A stretch of 64,000 nucleotides of DNA, from positions 249,316-313,315 of IMG/VR virus record IMGVR_UViG_3300047319_001872, one strand, 5' to 3'. Positions 18,650 through 27,896 of this stretch are shown here, piece after piece. Below the pieces are notes generated by a model that had not been told where the DNA came from, did not search any database, and was given only the letters and a program-made list of their open reading frames with translations. Each line of letters starts with the position of its first letter. Position 1 is the stretch's first letter. The position numbers and the translations under genes are program-made.

Positions 18650-20026
18650 TTACTGGATGGCTGTCTTGTAGTCCATGTGAGCGAGCGCGAGCTGCGTGCC
18701 GTGCATCTTCTTCATGAACAAGAGCATGAACTTCGAACCGTATTCCGAGACTGCTGAAGAGAGTGCGGTGGGATTCATCGACAGACGCGGACCCACGCAC
18801 ACGGCGCAGTAGTCGGTCTTTTCGAGTCGACAGAACATCGGTGAGCGAATCATCACCTTCTTGCCGAGGTAGTTGCCAATGGATTCCTCGGTGAGCTTTT
18901 CGCTCCCGCCATCGGTCACTACACTAAAGCCCATGTACTTCTTCTTGTTCTCGTCCGAGAGCGCGACCGGATTACCCAGGGTCGAGTGACAGTCTTCTTG
19001 CGTGACCATCATGTTCGACGAAGCACGCAGCAGCCACTTCACGGCTTCACCGCCGAGCATGGTTTCAGCACCCCGGTTGTACGAACCGGCCCGCAGCGAA
19101 TCGTTCATGATCGGGAACTTGTTGATGTCCCAGCCTTCTGACAGCGAGTTCTGGATGAGGTCCACATCAATGCCATCGTCCAGACCCGCTTCTGCACCCG
19201 TCATCAGGAAGAGCTTACGTCGCACCACCTTACGGGACTTGTTCTCGATCAAGAAGCCTTCAGCATCGTCGCCCTTCAGGTACTCAGAGTCGAACTTAAT
19301 CAGCTCGGCGTCGATCTTCGCAATCACCGCCGGATCATGCAGCTTATCCTTGTACTGCTCAAGCAACTGCGCTTTAAGCTCCGCCAAGCCAGGGGGTGCG
19401 GTCATGGCTTTGCGGGTAGCGGCCGGGACCCACAGTTGCGTGAAGCCTGCCAGGTAGAAAGCGGCGTCCGCCATCACCAGGTACTCTTTCACGTAGATGG
19501 GTTGCTTGCGTGGATCACCCAGATCCAGCACGGGCGAACCCGTCTGATCCGCGACTGCCGCATTGGCGGCGAGCACCATCTGGGCATTGGGGGTCGGATC
19601 ATCCTGCAGGCGCGGTAGCACCATCTTCTCGATCGCCCCTGGGCTAATACGGCCCGAGAGGTAGGGGATCTTGTTGCCGAAGGGGTAGGCGACAATCACC
19701 CAGTTAAAGAAGTACTGGCCGTAACTGGTGGGGTGCGGGGTCGACTCCGTGTAGTTCGGAATCTGTCCGGCTTGCAGCAGGAACTGGTCCTTGCGATTAA
19801 ACGGTGCGATCGTAGGATCACAGCCTTCCAGCGGCAGGAGTTCGTTCGTGTTCTCCGGATTGACAAAGAAGTACCCCGTGCGTGTTTGCACGATCCGATA
19901 CGGGTACATGTCTTTCTGGTAGTCTTCCGGGCCCTCGTTGATGATGGAGAACGCGGAGATGACCCACGCACGGCGCCGGAATAACCCTGCGTTCATCGCC
20001 GCGATAAAGTAGTCGTGTTTCTTCAT
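18650..20026 (-). CDS. Virion RNA polymerase beta'-like subunit, C-terminal fragment (phiKZ gp80-like)
   Basis: 'SLSEG', 'SYNRGAET..GG' bridge-helix region, 'EDC', 'IRSPMFC...CAVCVG' Zn site, 'FMKKMH'. Confidence 0.8.
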   Translation of the reverse strand: MKKHDYFIAAMNAGLFRRRAWVISAFSIINEGPEDYQKDMYPYRIVQTRTGYFFVNPENTNELLPLEGCDPTIAPFNRKDQFLLQAGQIPNYTESTPHPTSYGQYFFNWVIVAYPFGNKIPYLSGRISPGAIEKMVLPRLQDDPTPNAQMVLAANAAVADQTGSPVLDLGDPRKQPIYVKEYLVMADAAFYLAGFTQLWVPAATRKAMTAPPGLAELKAQLLEQYKDKLHDPAVIAKIDAELIKFDSEYLKGDDAEGFLIENKSRKVVRRKLFLMTGAEAGLDDGIDVDLIQNSLSEGWDINKFPIMNDSLRAGSYNRGAETMLGGEAVKWLLRASSNMMVTQEDCHSTLGNPVALSDENKKKYMGFSVVTDGGSEKLTEESIGNYLGKKVMIRSPMFCRLEKTDYCAVCVGPRLSMNPTALSSAVSEYGSKFMLLFMKKMHGTQLALAHMDYKTAIQ

Positions 20027-20034
20027 GGTTCACC

Positions 20035-20901
20035 TCACGCCGTCGTGTCGAGCCGACTCTCGTACGCCTGGAAGCGCACCAGCAAGTCACTCACGGCGAT
20101 GTCAATCTGCGTGATCTTGTTCACATCCGAGACCAGGTTATCCATCTCGGTCTTGATGACGCCTTGCGGATTGCCAAACCCGTCGCCCGAGTAGAAGGCC
20201 ATGCCGAGCATGTTCTGCGCTGCGCTCTCGGCATCGAGCTCTTCGAACTCACGACCGATCATGTTGGCATAGACCACGTACGGGTAACCTGCGTCGATCC
20301 CCATGTGCGCAATCTTTGAGATCGCCAGCTCCGGGTCCGTGAGAAAGTGCATAAAGCGATTAAAGCGCGTGATGCGCGTTTCGCGGAATTCGCGCTCGCT
20401 ATCTTCCTCATTGTGGGTCCCAAACTCTTGTGCGCGGGCGAGCTCTTCGATCCGGGTGATCAGTGCGTCCGAGACATAGACGAGGTCGACCAGATAGTGT
20501 TCAGCTTCTTGGCTGCCTACGAGCGCCACCAGTTCACTGAAGAGCTCCTCGGGGTCGTGCTTCTGGGCGCAGATCTTGAGGATCTCCGGGATGTGGTCCG
20601 AGGCCTGTTGCAGTTCCACCAACGCGTCGATGAATTCTGTCAGGATGCTTACCGTCGCCTCATCGCTCACGGTGATGCTGTGCTGCTTAAGAATCCCATT
20701 CGCGAGACTCTTGGTGAGGTCGATGATGCCGCCCAGCGTATCGCCCTGGTCGGCCTCATCATTGATCATTAACAACTGTTCGAATCCGGGGTTGTAATCT
20801 TGCAACCCAATTCGGTCGAAGGCTTCATGAGCCTTCTCGATGGCGTCGACGTTCTCGGGGGACGTCGCTTCCACCAGATAGTCGCGAAGAATATCGAGCA
20901 T
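20035..20901 (-). CDS. Conserved hypothetical protein (288 aa)
   Basis: GGAG RBS; syntenic upstream of the gp80-like gene. Confidence 0.65.
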   Translation of the reverse strand: MLDILRDYLVEATSPENVDAIEKAHEAFDRIGLQDYNPGFEQLLMINDEADQGDTLGGIIDLTKSLANGILKQHSITVSDEATVSILTEFIDALVELQQASDHIPEILKICAQKHDPEELFSELVALVGSQEAEHYLVDLVYVSDALITRIEELARAQEFGTHNEEDSEREFRETRITRFNRFMHFLTDPELAISKIAHMGIDAGYPYVVYANMIGREFEELDAESAAQNMLGMAFYSGDGFGNPQGVIKTEMDNLVSDVNKITQIDIAVSDLLVRFQAYESRLDTTA

Positions 20902-21103
20902 GCGGTGCTCCAGAAACCCTGTAAGAAATTACTTGCGGTCGCCATGCTGTAGCTAACATGTTCGCAATCAGGCGATTACGTCATCGGAAGCTACAGTCCT
21001 CTGTGAAATCGAACCACACAACGGGGTCGTTCTTTTCGAGGATAGTCAGATGATTGAGCTATCCGATAGCACTTAACATTTAAAACGGTATTTGGGGTTT
21101 AGC

Positions 21104-21667
21104 ATGACGAAGAAGAGTCAGGGTCGGTTGATGCGCGACGCGATCAAGAAGGACGCGAAGGAAGAGCTCAACCAGAATCGCAACTGGGACGAGCTGCACG
21201 AGCGCTATGCAGAATGCCGCAACCTACTGTTGATGCATCTGGCTGTCGGGGAAATCCTCCAGCGCCCGGACATCCAGGGGGAGATCTACAAGCAAGAAGC
21301 CCAGACGGTGATCAGCAACATTCAGCTCCTCACCAAGGACCTGAACGAGCGCGCTCAAGAGCTCACGATGATCTACGGCACGCACTCGGATAAGACCGGG
21401 GGCTGCGACGAGAACGACATCATGCTCTCGTTTGAGATCATGGAGAAGTACACCGCGTGGCTCTCGCTGATGCAAGCGAACGTGCAGCCGACGCTCGCGC
21501 ACATCATGGAAATCACGAGCGAAGTCGAAAAGCGCCTCATCGCCAAAGCAGCCGTGCTCGATCCGAACGTCGTCACCGACGTGGAAGTGACCGAGTCGAC
21601 CAAGCACAACGACACGCTCGCCGCCGGGATTGCGGCGGCGGACAAGACCAACCCGAAGGCGGAGTAA
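21104..21667 (+). CDS. Hypothetical helical protein
   Basis: ORF track (ATG 21104); first gene of a divergent operon. Confidence 0.65.
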   Translation: MTKKSQGRLMRDAIKKDAKEELNQNRNWDELHERYAECRNLLLMHLAVGEILQRPDIQGEIYKQEAQTVISNIQLLTKDLNERAQELTMIYGTHSDKTGGCDENDIMLSFEIMEKYTAWLSLMQANVQPTLAHIMEITSEVEKRLIAKAAVLDPNVVTDVEVTESTKHNDTLAAGIAAADKTNPKAE

Positions 21668-21670
21668 ACG

Positions 21671-23299
21671 ATGGAAGGTCAAGAGAACAACAACATTCAC
21701 ACGCCGTCGGTGACCACCGCGGCTGACGTGCCGCCGGAGCTGCGTACACCGACGACGGCAGTCGAACCGGCCGTGATCCAGCCGCCCGCACCGGACGTCT
21801 CGGAAGGCGTGCACGAAGTGCTCGGGGGTTTGCCTGAAGATACGCTGAGTGATGCCGCGGCACCGGCGCAGGAAGACACCGAACTGAAGGTCGAAGAAAC
21901 GCCCAAGCGTTTGCCGCAAGCCGATACGACCACCGTCAAGCAAGAACAGGCGGTGTTCATTCCGCTGGGTGTGGCGTTCGACGTGAACGGTATCACGCTG
22001 GCTGTACCGGGTGCGCGGGAAGACGAGCTGCAAGAAGCCCTTGCCAAGATGCCCAACACCGATCTGGGTGCAACGGCTGAAGGTCGCGAGTGGATTGCCG
22101 TGGCGCAGGCAGGCTATCGTAATGCCACGCCGCGTAAGATGCTCACCGACCTCGACGTGCGCGAAGGCTCGCTGTGGGAGCAAGCAGTCAAGTCCGAGCG
22201 CGGTGGCATTCAGGCCTCGCGTCCCAAGCAAGCCGATACCGCTGGTGTCAGTCTGCGTGGCGAAGCCGGGGTGCTGGCCGTGCGTCAGGAAGTGGGTCTG
22301 GGTGGCATCATCCGGATTCCGCTGTGGCACTCGGGCTTTCACATTACGCTCAAGACGCCGAGCGATGCAGCCATCCTGGAACTGGAACGCCGCATTACTG
22401 ACGAGAAGGTGCTGCTCGGTCGCATGACCAACGGCATGCTCTTCTCCAACACGTCGGTGTTCATTGCCGAGTACCTGACCGAATTCGCCATTCGCCATCT
22501 GTACGACACGTCGCTGCGTAACAAGGAGAACATCTTCTCCAAGATCGTCTCGCACGACATCCAGCATCTGGCATGGGGACTGGCCACGGCGATCTGGCCG
22601 ACGGGCTTCCAGTACGTGCGGTCAGTGCTGGGCGAAACCGACGCGCAGAACAAGGTGGTGAAGGACAAGATCGCGGTCGGCAAGCTGCAGTTCACCGATA
22701 CGTCGCAACTGTCGAAGTGGCAGATCAACCACATGACCTCGGTCACGACGGGCTCGATGACGGACGACTCGATCAAGAAGTACCGCGAGGAGTTCCTGAA
22801 TCAGACGCCGCGTAAGGTGCAAGTCACCGACAAGGTCGCGATCACGCTGAAGGTCCCGACGCTCGCCGAGCATATCGCCTCGGGCCAGAAGTGGGTCAAC
22901 GGAATCGTCGTGATGACGGACCAGGTCTTCGGCATGGAACAGGACGTCGATGAGCGTAACCGCTTTATCTACGAACAGGGCCAAGCCACCTACATGCGTC
23001 AATACGGGCACTGGATCGAATCGATCGAGCTCTCGAACGGCGCGATTGTGGAAGACCCGGAAACCATCGACCAGACGATCGACGCGCTCTCCGCGGATGA
23101 CACGATTCGCAACAAGTTCGTGGACGCGGTGGTGAAGTACATCGAAGATACGACGGTCTCGATGATCGCCGTGCCGACGGTGGCGGCAAGCGAAGAACAG
23201 AAGTACCCGCGCTGGCCGCGGTTGCTGCCGATTGATGCGATGGCAACTTTTTTTACCCTACTCGACCAGAAGGTCTCGCAGATCCGGGCACGCAGCTAG
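21671..23299 (+). CDS. Conserved core protein (phiKZ gp77-like); candidate tail/baseplate assembly chaperone
   Basis: GGAG RBS; two repeats of 'ITLK(T/V)P(S/T)'; ends shortly after an in-frame T_TTT_TTT slippery site. Confidence 0.7.
   Translation: MEGQENNNIHTPSVTTAADVPPELRTPTTAVEPAVIQPPAPDVSEGVHEVLGGLPEDTLSDAAAPAQEDTELKVEETPKRLPQADTTTVKQEQAVFIPLGVAFDVNGITLAVPGAREDELQEALAKMPNTDLGATAEGREWIAVAQAGYRNATPRKMLTDLDVREGSLWEQAVKSERGGIQASRPKQADTAGVSLRGEAGVLAVRQEVGLGGIIRIPLWHSGFHITLKTPSDAAILELERRITDEKVLLGRMTNGMLFSNTSVFIAEYLTEFAIRHLYDTSLRNKENIFSKIVSHDIQHLAWGLATAIWPTGFQYVRSVLGETDAQNKVVKDKIAVGKLQFTDTSQLSKWQINHMTSVTTGSMTDDSIKKYREEFLNQTPRKVQVTDKVAITLKVPTLAEHIASGQKWVNGIVVMTDQVFGMEQDVDERNRFIYEQGQATYMRQYGHWIESIELSNGAIVEDPETIDQTIDALSADDTIRNKFVDAVVKYIEDTTVSMIAVPTVAASEEQKYPRWPRLLPIDAMATFFTLLDQKVSQIRARS
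23248..23254 (+). other. Predicted -1 programmed ribosomal frameshift heptamer T_TTT_TTT
   Basis: Reads ACT TTT TTT ACC in the 21671 frame; -1 frame is closed by TGA at 23233 and then open through 23763. Confidence 0.65.
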
Positions 23300-23763
23300 T
23301 TGCAAAACACGTCGGTCACCCATTCTTTGGAGAGCATGTCGATGTGGTCGCGAAGCTCAGCGAACTCATTGCCAACGCCCCCAAGATGTGCGTGACCGAC
23401 ACGCGACAGTTGTTGTTGCACCGCTACGAGACGGACTTTGGGATTTACAATCACGACATCTCTGATTTCGAGAAGAATCCCTTAGCCCTTATCCGGATGC
23501 ATTCTCGTGAGGATTCATACACGGGTAGTCATCTGGCCGAGCGCATCAGGCAGTATCACGAACGGCAAGTGTGGGAAATCACCCACGAACCGTTGAGCGC
23601 CTTTCTGAACTATCCGCGCCACATGGTGCTGGACATTTTGGAACTGGCCGACAAGGTGTTGCGGGATAAGACCGCAACGTTGGTGAAAGAAGGCAAGGTC
23701 CTGGAGGACCGTGTCGCCGCGCTGAAGGCCACGAACGGCGACATGACTCCACCACCGCACTAA
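23254..23763 (+). CDS. Frameshift-accessible C-terminal extension, or a separate ORF from GTG 23344
   Basis: -1 frame open 30 codons upstream of GTG 23344; 'FLNYPRHMVLDIL' recalls gpT/gp51-type chaperone tails (inference). Confidence 0.65.
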   Translation, partial: YPTRPEGLADPGTQLVAKHVGHPFFGEHVDVVAKLSELIANAPKMCVTDTRQLLLHRYETDFGIYNHDISDFEKNPLALIRMHSREDSYTGSHLAERIRQYHERQVWEITHEPLSAFLNYPRHMVLDILELADKVLRDKTATLVKEGKVLEDRVAALKATNGDMTPPPH

Positions 23764-23775
23764 CCGGGGCCGTCA

Positions 23776-24228
23776 ATGATCATTTACGATGAACCGCGTA
23801 ACATCTTTGAAGTAACGGAGCAAACGCTCGTTAATCCCGTGAACACGCAAGGTGTCATGGGTGCTGGCTTAGCGTTGGCTTTTCGCAGTACCTTTCCCGG
23901 TCTGTTTGAAGAGTATCGCGACGCTTGCCAGCAGGAGGTGTTTACGCGGCGAGGTTTCTTCGTGTACGACGTTGACGCTTCGCGCAAGGTGTTGTGTTTG
24001 CCCACTAAGCGAGAATGGCGCCATCCTTCGAGACTGGAATGGATCGAAGAAGGCCTTTGGTATTTGTCGAGAGAGTATGAGCACTACGGGATTACCTCAC
24101 TGGCGATTCCTGAGGTAGGCTGCGGGCGAGGTCAGTTAGGATGGGCAGATGTGCGCCCTCTGATCTATCAGTACCTGGACCCTATCGCGTTACCAGTGGG
24201 GATTTGTTTAAGCCCCTTTGCAGTCTAA
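23776..24228 (+). CDS. Macrodomain (ADP-ribose binding/hydrolase, DarG/Poa1p-like) protein
   Basis: LVNPVNTQGVMGAGLALAF; LPTKREWR.PSRLEWIEEGL; SLAIPEVGCGRGQLGW. Confidence 0.9.
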   Translation: MIIYDEPRNIFEVTEQTLVNPVNTQGVMGAGLALAFRSTFPGLFEEYRDACQQEVFTRRGFFVYDVDASRKVLCLPTKREWRHPSRLEWIEEGLWYLSREYEHYGITSLAIPEVGCGRGQLGWADVRPLIYQYLDPIALPVGICLSPFAV

Positions 24229-24244
24229 CTGACTGGGAACGACG

Positions 24245-24703
24245 ATGATCATCTACGAAACAGAGTGCGAACAGTTACGTGCAGAAGCGCAGACGCTTCT
24301 CACGCCCATCAACATCGATGCCGTGGGGGGCGGAGGTTTGCCTGCGGCGTTTCGGTATGGATTCCCCGGACTCTTTAAAGCCTATTGCTGGGCCATGAAA
24401 AAGGGGATCTTCGAAAACGATAGCCTGTTTGTCTACGACGTGTCGCCCGAGCGGAAAATCGCCTGCATGCCGATGAAGCAGCACCAGCGGTACAGCACCG
24501 AAGAAAAGCTCGAGTACCTCGAAGAAAGTCTGATGGTAGTGGCCACCAGCTACCAGAAGTACGGTATCATCTCCATGGCACTCAATGAAATCGGTTACGG
24601 TGACACTGCGCTACCATGGGAAAAGGTCAGGCCGGTCATCCAGCGTTGTTTTGGATCGATCGATCTGCCGGTGGGGATTTGTCGGGGAGTAGTACCTGTG
24701 TAA
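24245..24703 (+). CDS. Divergent macrodomain paralog
   Basis: Colinear with the preceding gene (MIIY..., FPGLF..Y, VYDV...RK, YGI.S.A..E.G.G...L.W..VRP.I, LPVGIC) but motif changed to TPINIDAVGGGGL. Confidence 0.8.
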   Translation: MIIYETECEQLRAEAQTLLTPINIDAVGGGGLPAAFRYGFPGLFKAYCWAMKKGIFENDSLFVYDVSPERKIACMPMKQHQRYSTEEKLEYLEESLMVVATSYQKYGIISMALNEIGYGDTALPWEKVRPVIQRCFGSIDLPVGICRGVVPV

Positions 24704-24725
24704 CTATCGCGCCGGAGACCAAACC

Positions 24726-24935
24726 ATGCGATGGCTGATCCAGCAATACCAAGACTGGCGGTTCGCTCGCTACGAGCGAGCTAAGCTGATCCGTGTCGAA
24801 GAAGAGTTGCGTATCCGACGTCAGTTGGACTACCTCGAACAATCCCGTAACGCAACTCGTCCGGGGAAGGTCCTTACGCTCACGGAAGCGGAGCTGATGG
24901 GCCAACAGATGACCGAGCTCAATCGGCGCTGCTAG
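24726..24935 (+). CDS. Hypothetical protein (69 aa)
   Basis: GGAG RBS; ends before a terminator. Confidence 0.55.
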   Translation: MRWLIQQYQDWRFARYERAKLIRVEEELRIRRQLDYLEQSRNATRPGKVLTLTEAELMGQQMTELNRRC

Positions 24936-24963
24936 AAGTACAAGAAGCAAAAAAAAAAGACGG

Positions 24964-25009
24964 GGTCATAGAGCCAGGAGCCCTTACGGGTCTCCTGGCT
25001 CCTATGCCG
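24964..25009. terminator. Hairpin between convergent genes, flanked by GGTCATA / TATGCCG
   Basis: gagccaggag...ctcctggctc; A-tract at 24949-24958. Confidence 0.75.
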
Positions 25010-25016
25010 TCAAGGC

Positions 25017-26855
25017 TTAGTCTGATACACCACGATAAAACAACTCGTGCAGACAACCATTGGTGACTTCAGTCCCCGGCTCGTAGTAATTGACCCCTTT
25101 CTCGATACAGTACTGCTTGTCTTCTGGAGCAGGATCAACCGTTACGCGGTAAGCTGGCATCGTCCCACTGCCGCCGTCGAGCATGACCAAGATCGAAAAC
25201 GCCACGCGATCGCAGCGTTCTTTCACCGTCCCGCCATTAGGCGTAGTCGCCCAGTAGTGCGCCTTATCCCGGAACGCTTGTAAGAACTCGTCCCGGACTT
25301 CGTCTTCTGTCCGCGCCCTGGGTTCGGGCTTCCTCTCCGACATAGACGGGAGCGTATTCAGATACGCACTGGCTTTGGTTTCTATTTCAGCTACAGGCTT
25401 CTCCCAGATCACAAACGGATCGCTTTCGTCGTCATTGTGGGTAGCATCCGCCGCGGCATTGATCACCGCGTACAGATCGGCGGAAAGCGCCAAACTGCTC
25501 GGACGCGAGTCGGCTACCAGCGGCGAGGTGAGCGCGTCCGCATACGAGGCGAAGTGGCGTTTACCCTGGTAGCTCGATCCGAACAGCAGGTTGTACTGGA
25601 TCGACGTATTGCCGAACACTTCCACGTTAAAGAAGAGGCTGCCACCTTCCAAGCCCATGCGCCGCAGATCCGGGAAGATCTCGCGGTCCATAACACCTTG
25701 CACGTGCTTGATGCGCTCCGCCGTATCCATGGTCCCTGCAAAGCCACGGGTATTGAGGAACGTGAAGGCGGTCGGATCTTCTTGATCGTGATACGGAATG
25801 TCGACCTGGAACTGCGCCGTGGTGAACCCCATCGAGTGGAACAGCGCCGGGATGGTCTGACCCAGATAGACGAGCGCTTGATTCGCGCGCTCGCTCACTG
25901 GGCTGTCTTCTTCGGGACCGGTGTATTCTTCGAAGGCCACGACACCCTTATCCACTACAGCAGGTAGCACCCGCTGCAGGTCTTCCATGGTGAAGCGACC
26001 CGCGAAAGGCCCGCCTTGCACCTGCGCGAGCGCGCGGAAGAACGAATTGAATGACAGCGCAGGCGGCTCCAGGTGAGTGCGCATCGTGTTGAAGACGAGA
26101 TCGTTTTTCAACATCTCATCGGGCGCCACGTCCTCGCCCTGCTCCAGTACCTTGAAGTAACACTGCATCAATTCGGCCAGAAAGCGCGAAGGCAAGACGT
26201 GACGACGATGCACATAGCGCGGCAGGGTAGTAACCATCGTGCGTGTATCGACAACATCCTCCGACCCCGCAAAGTCGAAGGCGGAAAAGTGGGTGGCCAC
26301 ATCCGACGGGCTCACGCGTGTTTCGCGCTTCGTCAAGTCGCCCGAAGCAAGCACGGCGTCAAAGATCAGGTGCTCAGCCGCTTCCAGACGGCGATGAACG
26401 CGATCGCCGTCCACGGTCCTCGTGACCGACGCATGTTCCACCAGACACGAGTTCACGTAGAAGATCACGCCCGACCAATCGATCCGATCTGCGAGCTGCA
26501 CCGGCATGCGATTGGTGTAACCGGCGATGTTGTAAATCGAGTTCACACCGATGGGCGAGACATGTTCCACGGCCAACACAAAGGAAAGCCGTTGTGCCTC
26601 CCAACCGCCATCGATGGGGCGCGCAGGCAACATCTTGCTGCCGTAGCTCAGCAGGCCATCCAGTTCACGGGCGACTGAGCGCGCGGTGATGCGCGTGCCA
26701 TCGCGCTCGTCCATGAACTTTTTCACACGGGCGATGGATTCCGGCGTGGCTTCACAGACGAGCTGAGGGCGTTGTTGCGCCTTCACGCCGTTGACAGTGC
26801 GCAGGACGAAGGCACGCAGTGCGTAGGTGCCATACTGCGATTCTTTACCAAACAT
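25017..26855 (-). CDS. Divergent PicA/Imp1 paralog with an extra C-terminal domain (612 aa)
   Basis: AGGAG RBS at ATG 26855; colinear motif matches to 35777-37306 (GW..RL.F, FYVNS, DTRT.VT.LP, DAL..P.V). Confidence 0.75.
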   Translation of the reverse strand: MFGKESQYGTYALRAFVLRTVNGVKAQQRPQLVCEATPESIARVKKFMDERDGTRITARSVARELDGLLSYGSKMLPARPIDGGWEAQRLSFVLAVEHVSPIGVNSIYNIAGYTNRMPVQLADRIDWSGVIFYVNSCLVEHASVTRTVDGDRVHRRLEAAEHLIFDAVLASGDLTKRETRVSPSDVATHFSAFDFAGSEDVVDTRTMVTTLPRYVHRRHVLPSRFLAELMQCYFKVLEQGEDVAPDEMLKNDLVFNTMRTHLEPPALSFNSFFRALAQVQGGPFAGRFTMEDLQRVLPAVVDKGVVAFEEYTGPEEDSPVSERANQALVYLGQTIPALFHSMGFTTAQFQVDIPYHDQEDPTAFTFLNTRGFAGTMDTAERIKHVQGVMDREIFPDLRRMGLEGGSLFFNVEVFGNTSIQYNLLFGSSYQGKRHFASYADALTSPLVADSRPSSLALSADLYAVINAAADATHNDDESDPFVIWEKPVAEIETKASAYLNTLPSMSERKPEPRARTEDEVRDEFLQAFRDKAHYWATTPNGGTVKERCDRVAFSILVMLDGGSGTMPAYRVTVDPAPEDKQYCIEKGVNYYEPGTEVTNGCLHELFYRGVSD

Positions 26856-26886
26856 TGTAATCTCCTGTTTTACTCTGGGGTGGGGG

Positions 26887-27417
26887 TTAGGATACAGCAT
26901 TCAGAAGGCGCACCACTTCTTCGTAGATTTCGCGAAGCGTGCGGTATTCGTTGCCTTGCGTGAACTCCGAGACGTGATAGAACACGCCGTCGTCGGCTTC
27001 CAGCTGCTGGGTGAGGATGCGCTCCATTTGGAAGATCCCGTTTTCCTGACCCAGTTCGTTGCACAGGTAGGCGAGCCAGACCAGATCGCCCAAGGTGAAC
27101 GCGTCCTTATTCCAGCGGCGCACGGTCGCCAGTTCGATTTGACGACCCGTCACCGTGCCCTTCCAGACACGGGTATTGGCCTCCACGATGTCGATCGCCC
27201 GCTCAAACGGATTGAACGAACCACCCCGTTGCCGGAAATCCGACTCGACCACCATGCGGTAGAAGTCGTCGCACTCAAAGGCACTGTTGCTACGCACTCG
27301 TTCGATCTGATGGAGGATCTGGATCGGACCCTTGTGCTCGTTGTAGGTGTAGTCAAAGAAGCCATTGAGCAGCAGGCCGACGTTGTGGCCGATTTGGTCG
27401 AGGCGTTGCGGAATCAT
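26887..27417 (-). CDS. Hypothetical protein (176 aa)
   Basis: AAGGAG RBS; ATGA overlap. Confidence 0.6.
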   Translation of the reverse strand: MIPQRLDQIGHNVGLLLNGFFDYTYNEHKGPIQILHQIERVRSNSAFECDDFYRMVVESDFRQRGGSFNPFERAIDIVEANTRVWKGTVTGRQIELATVRRWNKDAFTLGDLVWLAYLCNELGQENGIFQMERILTQQLEADDGVFYHVSEFTQGNEYRTLREIYEEVVRLLNAVS

Positions 27418-27821
27418 TGTTTCTCCTTGGTTTCTTCTTCAAAGTCTTCGAAGCGCAGGCTCGCGGGCGCCTCCGGGTTATTGCCGTAGAGCATGTTGAA
27501 CATGCCCCGCTCGTTGATCGTCAGAAAGCACACCGACGTCACCGGTTGTTCTTCGGTCTGCGGTTGAAACGCGACGCTCTCCCACAGGTAACCGAACACC
27601 GGGGTGGAACTGCCTGCCACCTTGGCGTGACCCGGAATCAGCGTATTCGCCGAGCGCACGTCCTTGACCAGGTTATCGCCCCCCGCCATGATAACCACGG
27701 ACTCGAGGAACATGCTCAGCTTCTTGCGCAGCGGATTGCTCGAGGCTTTGCGCTTGAGCAACTCGATGAAGATGTTCGGGTTCGCTTCCGCGATGCGTTT
27801 ATGTTCCAGCAGATTCGCCAT
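27414..27821 (-). CDS. Hypothetical protein
   Basis: AAGGA RBS before ATG 27821. Confidence 0.6.
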   Translation of the reverse strand: MANLLEHKRIAEANPNIFIELLKRKASSNPLRKKLSMFLESVVIMAGGDNLVKDVRSANTLIPGHAKVAGSSTPVFGYLWESVAFQPQTEEQPVTSVCFLTINERGMFNMLYGNNPEAPASLRFEDFEEETKEKQ

Positions 27822-27896
27822 TTGCGTTCCTTGGTTTTTTAGGGGCATAGGGCCAGGAGTTTCCCCCTGGCCCCGTTCTTCCCTGATTACCTGTAG

